From assembly GCA_963802945.1 (NCBI GenBank), contig CAWDKY010000030.1, positions 32,001 through 96,000 on the forward strand: DNA of 64,000 nucleotides, in the 5' to 3' direction. Numbering within the stretch: the first letter of the stretch is position 1; each line of letters begins with the position of its first letter. The position numbers and the translations under genes were made by a program. Origin of the DNA: an uncultured delta proteobacterium. GTDB lineage: Bacteria > Desulfobacterota > RBG-13-43-22. Under the pieces are notes generated by a model. It did no database searches. It saw nothing but the letters and a program-made list of their open reading frames with translations, and was not told the DNA's origin. Shown here one piece after another: positions 19,372-28,799 of the stretch.

Positions 19372-21834
19372 TCAACTGGCTTTGGCCAAAGGGGTCTCCA
19401 TGGTCGGCATTTTTTTCTCGTACATCTCCCAGGTCTTTAAAAAGGCCTCTTCAATGGATCGCTCTTCCATATATCGGCGGGCCGCTTTTCCCATTTCTTT
19501 CAAACGGTCGGGGCCAGAGAGCAAAGAAGTTAATAGCTGGAGCAACTCCTCTGGTTGATCACCCTTGACAATAAACCCTGTTTCTTCCGGAAGGATGTTT
19601 TCCTTTGGTCCGCCTTGGTCGCTGACGATCACCGGCAGACCCGAGGCCTGTGCCTCTAAGACCACATTGCCGAAGGTATCGGTTTGACTTGGGAAGATAA
19701 ACAAATCGCAGGAGGCATATACCTCGGCTAAGGTCTCTCCTGTCAGATATCCTGTAAAAAAACAGGGGGTGTCTTTCATTTTGCTTTTAAATTCCTCCAA
19801 ATAAGGACCATCCCCCACAATGATCAACTGGACTTGTTTACAAGAGCGGCAAAGGCGGATAAACACATCGCCCAGTAAAGCTAGGTTTTTTTCCTTGGAA
19901 ACCCGGCCCACATAGAGTAGTTTTACCCCTCCTTGGTCGTTACTATATTTTTTGAGAACTCCGTTTCTTTTGGCCGGATGAAAGTATTCCAGATTTACCC
20001 CTCGGAAAAACGAACGGATTTTGGGGGGATCACATCCTTTTTCAATGAGCTCCTCCCATGTGCTTTTGGAAGGCACATATATGGTATCCAATTGGTCGTA
20101 ATACCAGAGAAGATATTTCCACATCCAATCCTCTAACAATTTATCTTCGGTTAAATAACGAGCATATTGGGGTAAAGCCGTATGATAAGTTCCGCAGATA
20201 GGTATTTTCAAAATTTTGGCAATCCCCAAAGCCGCCAAACCGATTGGGCCTGGAGTGGCTGAATGGATAATGGTAAATTTTTCTTCATAACAGAAAGACA
20301 GCATTTCCAGAAAGGGGGGAAAGAAGAGTTTCAATTCCTCATATTCCGGGAGTTTATAGAACCCGATGGGTTTAAAATTTTTTATACCGGAGACAACCTC
20401 CTCTTTTATTGAATCACAGGTGATAACCGTCAAGGCCTTGCTGTTTTTCCCGGCCAAGGCGACCTGCTGGCGCAAAGTCAGGGCCACCCCATTGATTTCA
20501 TGAAACGTATCGGTGAAATGGGCCACCTTGGCAGGAAGCCCGGAGTGTTGATCAGGCCTATCATTATTCAAAAAAAGCTTTCGGACCTTTTCAGCAAAAT
20601 GTTGATTATTTGAAAAATTGGAAAAAGCAAAAAAATAAGGGGACAATAGGGCATATAAAGACCCGATAGATCCAAGGGATTGAAACAGGTTGAAGAGGTG
20701 CCCGTGAGTCAGTTGATCTAATAAGCTGTTTCCAATATGTAGGAAGGCTCGGTTGGAAATCTGGTTGACAAAAAAGAGCCATTGGTTTTCAAGGCCTTTC
20801 CCTTCGACCTTCCCATTCTTGACGATTTCCATCAGTTGGGGGTCATTCGATAACAACTTGTGGGTTTCGGAACGAAGGAATTCCTGGATGCTGGCAGGGC
20901 GGGTATTCTTAATCTGTCTTCGGTGGGACCAGAGATCATAAACCTTGGAAAACAAACCGACCTCCTCTTCCTGACCGTTGGACAAACATCGATGAAGAAA
21001 TTTTAAAAAGAGGTCCCTCTGTAAATGGTAATTGAAATTAAATCGATAATTATAAAATTGATAAGCAATGCTGTAAATGTTATGGGCCAGAGCCTGGGGA
21101 GTGGACGAATTTCCAACCACTCCGGCCTGTTGAAGATTAAGACCTGAAAAAAATTCCTGGAGATCCTTTGCCCCGATGACTTCGGTGTATTGATGGGCCA
21201 CGGTCAAGGCGGAATGGTCATCGGAACCTCCGGTTAAATTTTTTTTCCAGGGTTCAGCAAATTTCGGCTCAAGGCCGTGTTTCTCGCTGAGGATTTGAAT
21301 GTCTTGAGGAGTTAAAGCATTCAGGACCATTTGGAGGATATGGTTTTGCTCCTTTCCTCTCGACCCGTTTAATTCAAAATTCTTAAACAATAGTATGAAT
21401 TCTTCAAAATGATCTATGGTCAGCTTTTCATTAACCGAATAAAGGGGATGAGCCAGGGAATGGTTGATTTTTTCCTGATGCAGATAGGCTGTGAGCTCAA
21501 AGATGTTTTCACGCAGGACCTGCAGATCTCGATGCTGTTTTTCCGAGATTTGGTAGACCAACACATGGACCTTACAGCGGTCTTCAGGAAAATAGGCGGT
21601 CACCTCTTCACTGATAAAGGTATGAGGGAGATGAGCGATTTCGAGCGCACCGTCAATAGAGTTATGATCGGTGATGGTTACATAAGACATCCCCCGTTCC
21701 CGAACCAAGCGGTATAGGTTGACCGGGTCGGTATAACTTTCAGAACAGCCGATCTTCTGAAGCATCCATTCCGAAGGGTGCTTTGAAAATTTAGAGTGAA
21801 CATGAAGATCCACTTTTAAGACCGCTGACTCCAT
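19372..21834 (-). CDS. PHP phosphoesterase domain fused to GT4 glycosyltransferase
   Basis: DLHVHS, TDHN, AHP, GGSDDH; FTDTFHEINGVA, YHT, YVGRVSKEKN, DTFGNVVLEAQASG. Confidence 0.9.
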   Translation of the reverse strand: MESAVLKVDLHVHSKFSKHPSEWMLQKIGCSESYTDPVNLYRLVRERGMSYVTITDHNSIDGALEIAHLPHTFISEEVTAYFPEDRCKVHVLVYQISEKQHRDLQVLRENIFELTAYLHQEKINHSLAHPLYSVNEKLTIDHFEEFILLFKNFELNGSRGKEQNHILQMVLNALTPQDIQILSEKHGLEPKFAEPWKKNLTGGSDDHSALTVAHQYTEVIGAKDLQEFFSGLNLQQAGVVGNSSTPQALAHNIYSIAYQFYNYRFNFNYHLQRDLFLKFLHRCLSNGQEEEVGLFSKVYDLWSHRRQIKNTRPASIQEFLRSETHKLLSNDPQLMEIVKNGKVEGKGLENQWLFFVNQISNRAFLHIGNSLLDQLTHGHLFNLFQSLGSIGSLYALLSPYFFAFSNFSNNQHFAEKVRKLFLNNDRPDQHSGLPAKVAHFTDTFHEINGVALTLRQQVALAGKNSKALTVITCDSIKEEVVSGIKNFKPIGFYKLPEYEELKLFFPPFLEMLSFCYEEKFTIIHSATPGPIGLAALGIAKILKIPICGTYHTALPQYARYLTEDKLLEDWMWKYLLWYYDQLDTIYVPSKSTWEELIEKGCDPPKIRSFFRGVNLEYFHPAKRNGVLKKYSNDQGGVKLLYVGRVSKEKNLALLGDVFIRLCRSCKQVQLIIVGDGPYLEEFKSKMKDTPCFFTGYLTGETLAEVYASCDLFIFPSQTDTFGNVVLEAQASGLPVIVSDQGGPKENILPEETGFIVKGDQPEELLQLLTSLLSGPDRLKEMGKAARRYMEERSIEEAFLKTWEMYEKKMPTMETPLAKAS

Positions 21835-22010
21835 AAAGACCTCCTTTTTTTATTACGAAGATAGCTCAAAGCTCAATGCCCGGCTGGCATGCCGGAGTTC
21901 AAAGCAAACAAAATATTGTTCAGAGAATCCTGTTTTCATTAATCGAGTTACTCCATAAAGGGAAGAGTGCTGAGTTTGAAAATCTTTTTTCTTTCAACTT
22001 TGAACACATT

Positions 22011-22697
22011 TTACGGGTTCCATCTTTTTTTATCCAGGAATCTGACCAGGGCCAACCCGGAAGAAAATGGAAAATCGATCACCTCAAAAAAGACAGGGTT
22101 TTTTTTTAAAATCTTCACCCATCGTTTGACCCCTGAATGATGCAACTTTTCCCGGATGGTTATGTTGGTGTCATGGAGAAAAACATATCCGTTCTTCGGA
22201 ATATGGTCAGCTATGGCCAAAAAATCATGACGCACATGTCCAAAGGCATGATTCCCATCAATAAATCCCAGATTGATGGGAGGCAGTCCGCTGGTAGAAT
22301 AAGATTTGAAAAACGCTTCACTCTTTAAAAGATAATGAGTTACCTGATCGGCTACCCCGAACTGTTGGAAATGTTGAGCAACCTCCTCAGGATTTTTCCA
22401 TTTTCCCGCTCCTCCCATGGTCTGAAACGGACCGTCTTTAAGCAGTGAGAAAGAGGGATCGACAAATGATACCTTCCCGAATCCATTGTCTTTGCAGCCT
22501 AAAGCCAAACAAACAACACTAAAACCATATCCGGAACCGACAACTACGATATGAGCCGGCCTTAGGCAACGGACCAGACCGTAATACAAAAACCCAAACC
22601 CTAGATTCAGGTTATCTTTTTTTTCATGATGGCCTAAGGGTTTGGCCTTCTGTAAAATCATCTGCAAAAGGTCTGGGGTTAAACTATAATCGTTCAT
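22011..22697 (-). CDS. Class I SAM methyltransferase (Methyltransf_24-like)
   Basis: VVGSGYGFS, FIDGNH, FLHDT; likely start ATG 22697. Confidence 0.8.
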   Translation of the reverse strand: MNDYSLTPDLLQMILQKAKPLGHHEKKDNLNLGFGFLYYGLVRCLRPAHIVVVGSGYGFSVVCLALGCKDNGFGKVSFVDPSFSLLKDGPFQTMGGAGKWKNPEEVAQHFQQFGVADQVTHYLLKSEAFFKSYSTSGLPPINLGFIDGNHAFGHVRHDFLAIADHIPKNGYVFLHDTNITIREKLHHSGVKRWVKILKKNPVFFEVIDFPFSSGLALVRFLDKKRWNP

Positions 22698-22825
22698 GTT
22701 TTTTCCCCTGGAAAAAGGTGTTCTATATGTTGTAGGATTTACCATAGTGAGTGGCATATATGGTGGGGAACATAGAGGTCTGGGATTACAAAATGATGTC
22801 ATTCAGCAGATTTTTTAGTAACAAA

Positions 22826-22852
22826 TAAAAAGGCCCCCGGATGGAGGCCTTG
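22826..22852 (-). terminator. Probable intrinsic terminator
   Basis: aaggcc...ggcctt hairpin with a U-tract on the minus strand. Confidence 0.5.
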
Positions 22853-22921
22853 GAGAGAGAGATGACTTCTATCTAAATTGGGAAAGGCTGCTTCCCGTTC
22901 CCAAGGAAAAAGGGTTAAAGG

Positions 22922-23075
22922 TTAAAACTTCAATTGGAAACCTATCTGGAACATATCATAATTGTTTGTTTCCGATACTAATTTGGATTCATAATCACAA
23001 TGTTCGTAAACGATAATGGACATAAATTCCTTGGTGACGTCATAGGAAAAACCGGCCACATTAGCTGGTATAACC
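22922..23075 (-). pseudogene. C-terminal remnant of an outer-membrane beta-barrel protein
   Basis: Ends AGFSYDV...DMFQIGFQLKF (alternating pattern, terminal Phe); no N-terminus. Confidence 0.5.
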
Positions 23076-23405
23076 ATCATTGAGTTTAAAGGACCCCAAT
23101 ACGGCATTCCAGACCAGATGACCTACCTTGGAGGCAACACCGTTGATGTACTGGTCGATGGTTTGGGCCTTGTCCGCTTCAAAATAACGGGTGTTTTCCA
23201 ATAAGTTCATGATGGACCGCTCGCTGACGGTCTTCTGATCATAATTAACAACGACACTCCCGGTCAACGGGTTGACTGAGGTTTTTGTAACTCCAGCCTG
23301 TCGATTCAATAGACTTTCCACTTCAGAAGCCTTTTCCTGATTTTCCTTAACCAGAGGAGTTTTAATCCGTAACCTCCCTGGTAGGCTGTGAATGTAATAG
23401 CTCAT
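23061..23405 (-). CDS. HMA2-like paralog of 7491-7862 with replaced C-terminus
   Basis: Near-identical to copy 1 up to AVLGSF, then diverges. Confidence 0.75.
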   Translation of the reverse strand: MSYYIHSLPGRLRIKTPLVKENQEKASEVESLLNRQAGVTKTSVNPLTGSVVVNYDQKTVSERSIMNLLENTRYFEADKAQTIDQYINGVASKVGHLVWNAVLGSFKLNDGYTS

Positions 23406-23476
23406 TCGAATCCTCCTCTTACTTCCTTATCAGAATTGAGCAGACAAAATGTACTTTCAGTAATTTCATGACTATC

Positions 23477-23508
23477 AAGATAATGACTTTTTGTTGCAAT
23501 TTGATGAC
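23477..23508 (-). promoter_or_regulatory. Pho box with -10 element
   Basis: Minus strand GTCAT-CAAATT-GCAAC, 10 bp, TATCTT. Confidence 0.75.
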
Positions 23509-23721
23509 GACAACATGTCTTTTTTATTAAAATTATAGGAGATCCCCCTTCATACCTCAGGTCTCCTCATCCCTTAGTAATTTCTTTTTGTGAAGCAACT
23601 ATCCTATTCCTTTATCCCTTGGGTAACAATGTGCATCAACTTAAAAATTCTGCGGGCGATGATCTCTTTTATTTCCTCCATGGCCTCACTACGCCAGCAA
23701 GGTGGTACGGCCCATCAACTT

Positions 23722-23775
23722 TTAACCAAATTTTCAAGGAGCTGTAACGTCACAGTAACAATTGCAAGATAGGAT
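23722..23775 (+). promoter_or_regulatory. Four-unit Pho box with -10 element
   Basis: TTAAC-N6-TTCAA-N6-GTAAC-N6-GTAAC, 10 bp, TAGGAT. Confidence 0.8.
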
Positions 23776-23828
23776 GGCTGCCAATGAAATTCAAATCGTT
23801 TAAATAAAAAGAAAAAAGGAGAAAGAGT

Positions 23829-25232
23829 ATGAAGAAAACATTAGTTTTGCTTGCAGTATCACTGATGCTGGCAACACCGGTCCTGGCAGAAATGCAGTCA
23901 GTAGCCAATCAGCCGACAGCTAATCAGCCGGCGAATGACACAGGCGGCCTGACCATGGACTACAAAGGGATCACGATCAATTTTGGGGGCTTCATCGAAG
24001 CAGCTGGCATTTTCCGCGACAAAAACATGAATGCTGATGTAGCAACGCCTTTTCAAAAGCTGCCCTTGTCCAATTCAGCCGGTTATTACCAGAATGAAAC
24101 GGATTTCAGCGCGCGCCAATCCAGGCTCTCCCTGCTTGTCACGGGCAATTACGATCCCCAAACCCATCTTGCCGGGTATTACGAGATGGACTTTCTCGGC
24201 GCAGCCACCACCGCCAACTCCAATGAAAGCAACTCTTATAACCCCCGGATCCGGCATCTCTACACGACAGTCGATTGGGATGCACTCGGCCTGCACCTGC
24301 TGGCCGGCCAGACCTGGTCACTGGTCACTTTGAACGACAAGGGCATTTCCCCGCGCAAGGAAGTCACCCCAGCCGTGATCGACGCTCAGTACGTTCCCGG
24401 CTTTTCTTGGGCTCGTCAGCCCCAGTTCCGTATCGTTTGGGACTGGAGCAAGAAATTCTGGCTGGGTCTTTCGGTCGAAAACCCCCAGACTGCAAATGCC
24501 GCCACAGGACCGAACGCGTCCGCGAACACTAACTTGGCGATCGGCCAAACGGCAGGTTCGAATTTCCAGGGAACCATGTCGGCAAACAATTGGCCGGATT
24601 TTGTCTTAAAGGCAGCCCTTGAACCCGGCTGGGGACATTTTGAGATCTTTGACCTGTTCCGCACCTTCGAGTCGAGCATTGCCGGCAACGGAGTCGTAAC
24701 AAATTCAAATCCTACGGGTAATGCCGTGGGCGTCGGCATCATTTTGCCGATAGTTCCAGAAATATTGAAGTTCCAGTTCAGCGGTCTCTACGGTGATGGG
24801 ATCGGCCGCTATGGTTCCGGCCAGTTGCCCGATGTCACTTTGGACCCATACGGCAATCTCGTCCCGGTCCGCGAATTACAGCTTCTTGCCGGCCTGAAGC
24901 TTGATCCGACGAGCAAGTGGAGCTTCTATGCCTATTACGGCAATGAGCAGGTGGACCAGACCTCCTGGAATGTTAACGGCAAAGGGTATGGCTTAGGCAG
25001 CCCGCTCTACACCACCACCGTCGGCGCGCCGGTCTCCAGCAATCAGGCCCAGGTCAGTGGCGTCTCCGAGATTACGGCGGGTTTTTGGTGGAAATTCTAT
25101 CAGGGCAGGATGGGGAAGATGCAGTCTGGCGTGCAATATTCTTATATGAATGACACATACTTTAGCGGTAAGGGCGGAACCCCCTCTGCGAACAATTCTT
25201 CTGTGATGACAAGTTTCCGTTACTATTGGTAA
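23829..25232 (+). CDS. Outer-membrane porin (DcaP-like)
   Basis: Signal peptide; SARQSRL, EMDF, PRIRHLY, LLAGQTWS; C-terminal FRYYW. Confidence 0.75.
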   Translation: MKKTLVLLAVSLMLATPVLAEMQSVANQPTANQPANDTGGLTMDYKGITINFGGFIEAAGIFRDKNMNADVATPFQKLPLSNSAGYYQNETDFSARQSRLSLLVTGNYDPQTHLAGYYEMDFLGAATTANSNESNSYNPRIRHLYTTVDWDALGLHLLAGQTWSLVTLNDKGISPRKEVTPAVIDAQYVPGFSWARQPQFRIVWDWSKKFWLGLSVENPQTANAATGPNASANTNLAIGQTAGSNFQGTMSANNWPDFVLKAALEPGWGHFEIFDLFRTFESSIAGNGVVTNSNPTGNAVGVGIILPIVPEILKFQFSGLYGDGIGRYGSGQLPDVTLDPYGNLVPVRELQLLAGLKLDPTSKWSFYAYYGNEQVDQTSWNVNGKGYGLGSPLYTTTVGAPVSSNQAQVSGVSEITAGFWWKFYQGRMGKMQSGVQYSYMNDTYFSGKGGTPSANNSSVMTSFRYYW

Positions 25233-25295
25233 CAAGGGAAGAATTCAGAATTCGAGTTGAGTCGAATTAAGGTGCTGAAGCAGTTTAGCTAAACG

Positions 25296-25404
25296 TTGCA
25301 AAAGTCGAGGATGCTGCAGATCCGAGACGGCAAGGGTGAAGCCGTACGAAGGTATTTCGAACCCTTGACAATAAAGGAGATGCAGCATCACGCGGCTTTT
25401 GCAA
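25296..25404. repeat. Long imperfect palindromic intergenic element (REP/MITE-like)
   Basis: TTGCAAAAGTCG-GATGCTGCA ... TGCAGCATC-CGGCTTTTGCAA nested inverted repeats. Confidence 0.7.
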
Positions 25405-25638
25405 AGGGAAAAAACAGGGTAATTTTTTACTCATACAGGATCCCACTTGTGGTGAATTCCAGAATGACTTCAATTTTTCGCTAAGCTCATTTTACAAGTT
25501 CTCTCGGCCTGAAGCCCGTCTTCTCCTCATCCAAAGGGTTTTCTCCTTTCTACCTTTCCAATTGATTTTTCGCAATTTAAACGTCTTCGACCTGTTGATG
25601 GATTTTTTAGGGTCCATTAAACCTACTGTTTCTAAAAT

Positions 25639-25681
25639 GTAATCCAACCATCATCAGAAATTGACAAACCCTGATTAAAAT
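25639..25681 (+). promoter_or_regulatory. Pho-box-like repeat with -10 element
   Basis: GTAAT-N6-ATCAT-N6-TTGAC, 10 bp, TAAAAT. Confidence 0.65.
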
Positions 25682-25788
25682 AACCTTAAAATCAATAACG
25701 TTTATTTACCTTGAGCATACAAGGGGGAAAAAGATTTAATGAAGTCACTTAACCAATGAACCTTTTAACCAACCCTGAAAGGAAACCC

Positions 25789-25980
25789 ATGAAAAATACG
25801 GTTAAGATTTTGCAGGTCAACAAAAAAAAGGAGTGTACCTATTTTCTGATTCGGGAGGGTATTTTCATCCGTTCCACGGTTCCCAGGAAAGGCTTAAAAA
25901 AATTATTGAAGATCGTCAAGCCGGACCTGATTCTTCCCAACCCTTTGGATAATGCCTTGGAAGAGTTTGATTTTTCATAA
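25789..25980 (+). CDS. Small hypothetical protein (63 aa)
   Basis: GAAAGG RBS; sits downstream of a Pho-like promoter; KPDLIL is reminiscent of receiver domains. Confidence 0.45.
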   Translation: MKNTVKILQVNKKKECTYFLIREGIFIRSTVPRKGLKKLLKIVKPDLILPNPLDNALEEFDFS

Positions 25981-26070
25981 CAACCTTTAGTAGCCAAAAA
26001 CTGGATTAGCCCAAAAAAGAAAAGGAGGGATTAACCGGGGAAGGAATTGTTAAATAATCTCCATCTGACT

Positions 26071-26102
26071 GTAACAGGATTGTAACAAAAGATGTATAAA
26101 TT
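26071..26102 (+). promoter_or_regulatory. Pho box with -10 element for pst operon 2
   Basis: GTAAC-AGGATT-GTAAC, 10 bp, TAAATT. Confidence 0.8.
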
Positions 26103-26131
26103 TAACTTGAATAAATTGAGGAGGAATTTCC

Positions 26132-27028
26132 ATGAAAAAATTATTAATAAGCAGTATAATATGTTTGTGTTTAGCGGTGTTGATGACTCCAGCTCTCGTC
26201 TTTTCGGGGACCTTCATCCAGGTCAAAGGTTCCGATACGGAAGTGAATGTGGTCCAAATGCTGGCCGAGGTTTTTATGAAAAAGAACCCTAATTATAATA
26301 TAGCCGTGACCGGCGGCGGTTCCGGTGTCGGCATTGCGGCTATCATCAACAAAACAACCGATCTTTGCAACGCCTCCAGGCCCATGAAGGATACGGAAAT
26401 CGCCCAGGCCAAAGACAATAAGGTCAATCCGGTCGGGGTCATCTTCGCTGTTGATGGCTTATCAATAGCCCTTAATCCCAAAAATTCGGTCAAACCCCTG
26501 ACCATAGATCAACTCGGCCAGATTTTTAGGGGCGAACTGACCAACTGGAAACAAGCCGGCGGCCCTGATATCCCGATCACCTTGTATGGGCGTCAGCCGA
26601 ACTCGGGTACGTTTGTTTTTTTCCGGGAAGCCGTGGTCCGTGGGGATTACTCCAATAGGATGAATCAAATGAACGGCAATGCCCAGATTCTTGAGGCGGT
26701 CAAAAAGGATGCCGGAGGAATCGGCTATGTGGGTATCGGTTATGTGGTGGATGATGCCGGAAAGGTGGTCGCCGGGATCAAGGTCTGCGATGTGGCCAAG
26801 GACAGCCGCAACAAACCCTGTTCACCCTTGAGATTGGAGAATATCATGAACGGGGCTTATCCGCTTACCCGGCCCTTGTACCAGTATTTTGATGGCAACA
26901 ATCGGGCCAAAGTGGAGGCTTTTGTAAAATTTGAGTTAAGCCCTGAAGGGTTGGCAATTATTAGGAAGGAAGGTTTTTATCCCTTGACCGATCAATGGAA
27001 AAAACATAATGCCCAACTCCATTTCTAA
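26132..27028 (+). CDS. pstS: Phosphate-binding protein PstS (second subfamily)
   Basis: KGSDT, TGGGSGVG, ASR, RQPNSGT, YPLTRPLY. Confidence 0.93.
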   Translation: MKKLLISSIICLCLAVLMTPALVFSGTFIQVKGSDTEVNVVQMLAEVFMKKNPNYNIAVTGGGSGVGIAAIINKTTDLCNASRPMKDTEIAQAKDNKVNPVGVIFAVDGLSIALNPKNSVKPLTIDQLGQIFRGELTNWKQAGGPDIPITLYGRQPNSGTFVFFREAVVRGDYSNRMNQMNGNAQILEAVKKDAGGIGYVGIGYVVDDAGKVVAGIKVCDVAKDSRNKPCSPLRLENIMNGAYPLTRPLYQYFDGNNRAKVEAFVKFELSPEGLAIIRKEGFYPLTDQWKKHNAQLHF

Positions 27029-27941
27029 AGGGCCCTCCCTATTTATTCCCAACAGGATCAGGAGATGGAGGCAATTCCAAGATCGCTTTATTCATCGGTT
27101 CTTTCAAATCAATGGCCTGCTTTCCATCCTGATCCTCCTGGGGATTTTTATTCTCCTTCTTTCTGACGGCTTCCCGGCCGTCAAACATTTAGGTTTATCC
27201 GGTTTTTTTTCCGTGATCTGGAATCCCACCTCTTATGTAAAAGAAACCTATGGCCTGGGGGCCATGATCATCAGTACCTTAATGGTCACCTTCGGTGCCA
27301 TGTTACTGGCTGTTCCTATCGGTCTGGGTTGCGCTGCCTACTTGGCTGAGGTTGCCCCTTCCTGGGTGAGAGAAATCCTTAAACCGGTCATCGAAATCCT
27401 GGCCGGGATTCCCTCGGTGGTCTTGGGATTTCTGGGCATTGTCGTCGTGGGGCCGGCCATTGCCCAACTTTTTCATCTTCCCAACGGCCTCAATGCCCTC
27501 AACGGCTCCATCCTTTTGGCTGTTATGAGTCTGCCCACGATTATAAGCATTTCCGAAGATGCCATCTCTTCTGTTCCCAGATCCTATAAAGAGGCCTCGC
27601 TGGCCCTCGGGGCCACCCGTTGGCAGACTTTGATCAAGGTGGTGGTCCCTTCGGCCCTTTCCGGGATTATTGCCTCCATCATGCTGGGCATGGGCCGGGC
27701 CATCGGGGAAACCATGACCGTACTTATGGCCACCGGAAATGCCTTGAAGATGCCCTACCATTTTTTTGATGCGGTCCGGACCATGACGGCCACGATCGCC
27801 ATTGAGTTGGGGGAAGTCCCCTTCGGCTCCGATCATTATCATGGACTTTTTGTAGTCGGCTTCATCCTCTTTGTGATGACTTTTATAGTCAACCTTGTCG
27901 CCGACATCGTCTTGGCCAAGTATCAGGAGGTCGAACGATGA
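27009..27941 (+). CDS. pstC: Phosphate ABC permease PstC
   Basis: EILAGIPSVV, GRAIGETMTV. Confidence 0.95.
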   Translation: MPNSISKGPSLFIPNRIRRWRQFQDRFIHRFFQINGLLSILILLGIFILLLSDGFPAVKHLGLSGFFSVIWNPTSYVKETYGLGAMIISTLMVTFGAMLLAVPIGLGCAAYLAEVAPSWVREILKPVIEILAGIPSVVLGFLGIVVVGPAIAQLFHLPNGLNALNGSILLAVMSLPTIISISEDAISSVPRSYKEASLALGATRWQTLIKVVVPSALSGIIASIMLGMGRAIGETMTVLMATGNALKMPYHFFDAVRTMTATIAIELGEVPFGSDHYHGLFVVGFILFVMTFIVNLVADIVLAKYQEVER

Positions 27942-28798
27942 AGCCCCAAGCCATCATTGAAAAAATAGGTTTTGCCTCCTTGGTAATGGCCAGTCTATTG
28001 GTGGTTCTTATACTTTTCGGGATACTGGCCAATATTTTTTATAATGGATTTTCTGTCCTGAGTTGGGAATTTTTGTCCCAATCCCCCCGGAATGGGATGA
28101 CCGCCGGGGGCATTCTGCCGGCCATCGTCGGGACATTTGTGGTCAGTCTGATCACCATTATAGTTGCCGTCCCCTTGGGGATGTTCAGCGCTATTTATCT
28201 TAATGAATATGCCCATCAGGGAAAACTGGTCCGTCTGATCCGTCTTTCCATACGGAATCTTTCCGGAGTTCCTTCGGTCGTCTATGGACTTTTTGGAGTG
28301 GCCCTTTTTGTCCGATTATTTCATTTCGGAGCCAGTATCCTTTCGTCCGGGATGACCCTCGGCCTGCTTACACTTCCCTGGACCATCACGGCCAGCGAAG
28401 AAGCCTTAAAGACCGTCCCCAAATCCTTTCGCGACGGGGCCCTGGCCTTAGGTGCAACCCAATGGCAGGCCATTCGAACCAATGTCCTGCCCTATGCTAT
28501 TCCCGGGATGCTCACCGGGGCCATACTCGGACTGGCCCGGGCTGCCGGAGAGACGGCTCCCATTTTATTTACCGGGGCGGCCTTTTCCATTCCGTCTCTT
28601 CCCAAATCCCTTTTTGACCAGTTTATGGCCCTGCCCTACCATCTTTATATTTTAGCCACTCAGCACCAGGATATTCAAAAGGTCCGCCCCATAGCTTATG
28701 GTACCGCTTTGGTTCTCATCGCCTTGATCCTCTGTTTAAATGTGGTGGCTATTACCATTCGTTATCGCTATCGTAAAAAAGCCCGGATGGCCCAATAA
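27938..28798 (+). CDS. pstA: Phosphate ABC permease PstA
   Basis: [14 protein letters not shown]. Confidence 0.95.
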   Translation: MKPQAIIEKIGFASLVMASLLVVLILFGILANIFYNGFSVLSWEFLSQSPRNGMTAGGILPAIVGTFVVSLITIIVAVPLGMFSAIYLNEYAHQGKLVRLIRLSIRNLSGVPSVVYGLFGVALFVRLFHFGASILSSGMTLGLLTLPWTITASEEALKTVPKSFRDGALALGATQWQAIRTNVLPYAIPGMLTGAILGLARAAGETAPILFTGAAFSIPSLPKSLFDQFMALPYHLYILATQHQDIQKVRPIAYGTALVLIALILCLNVVAITIRYRYRKKARMAQ

Positions 28799-28799
28799 A

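Noticed and set aside
25296-25484. 62-aa ORFs on both strands
   Set aside because: By-products of a palindromic repeat
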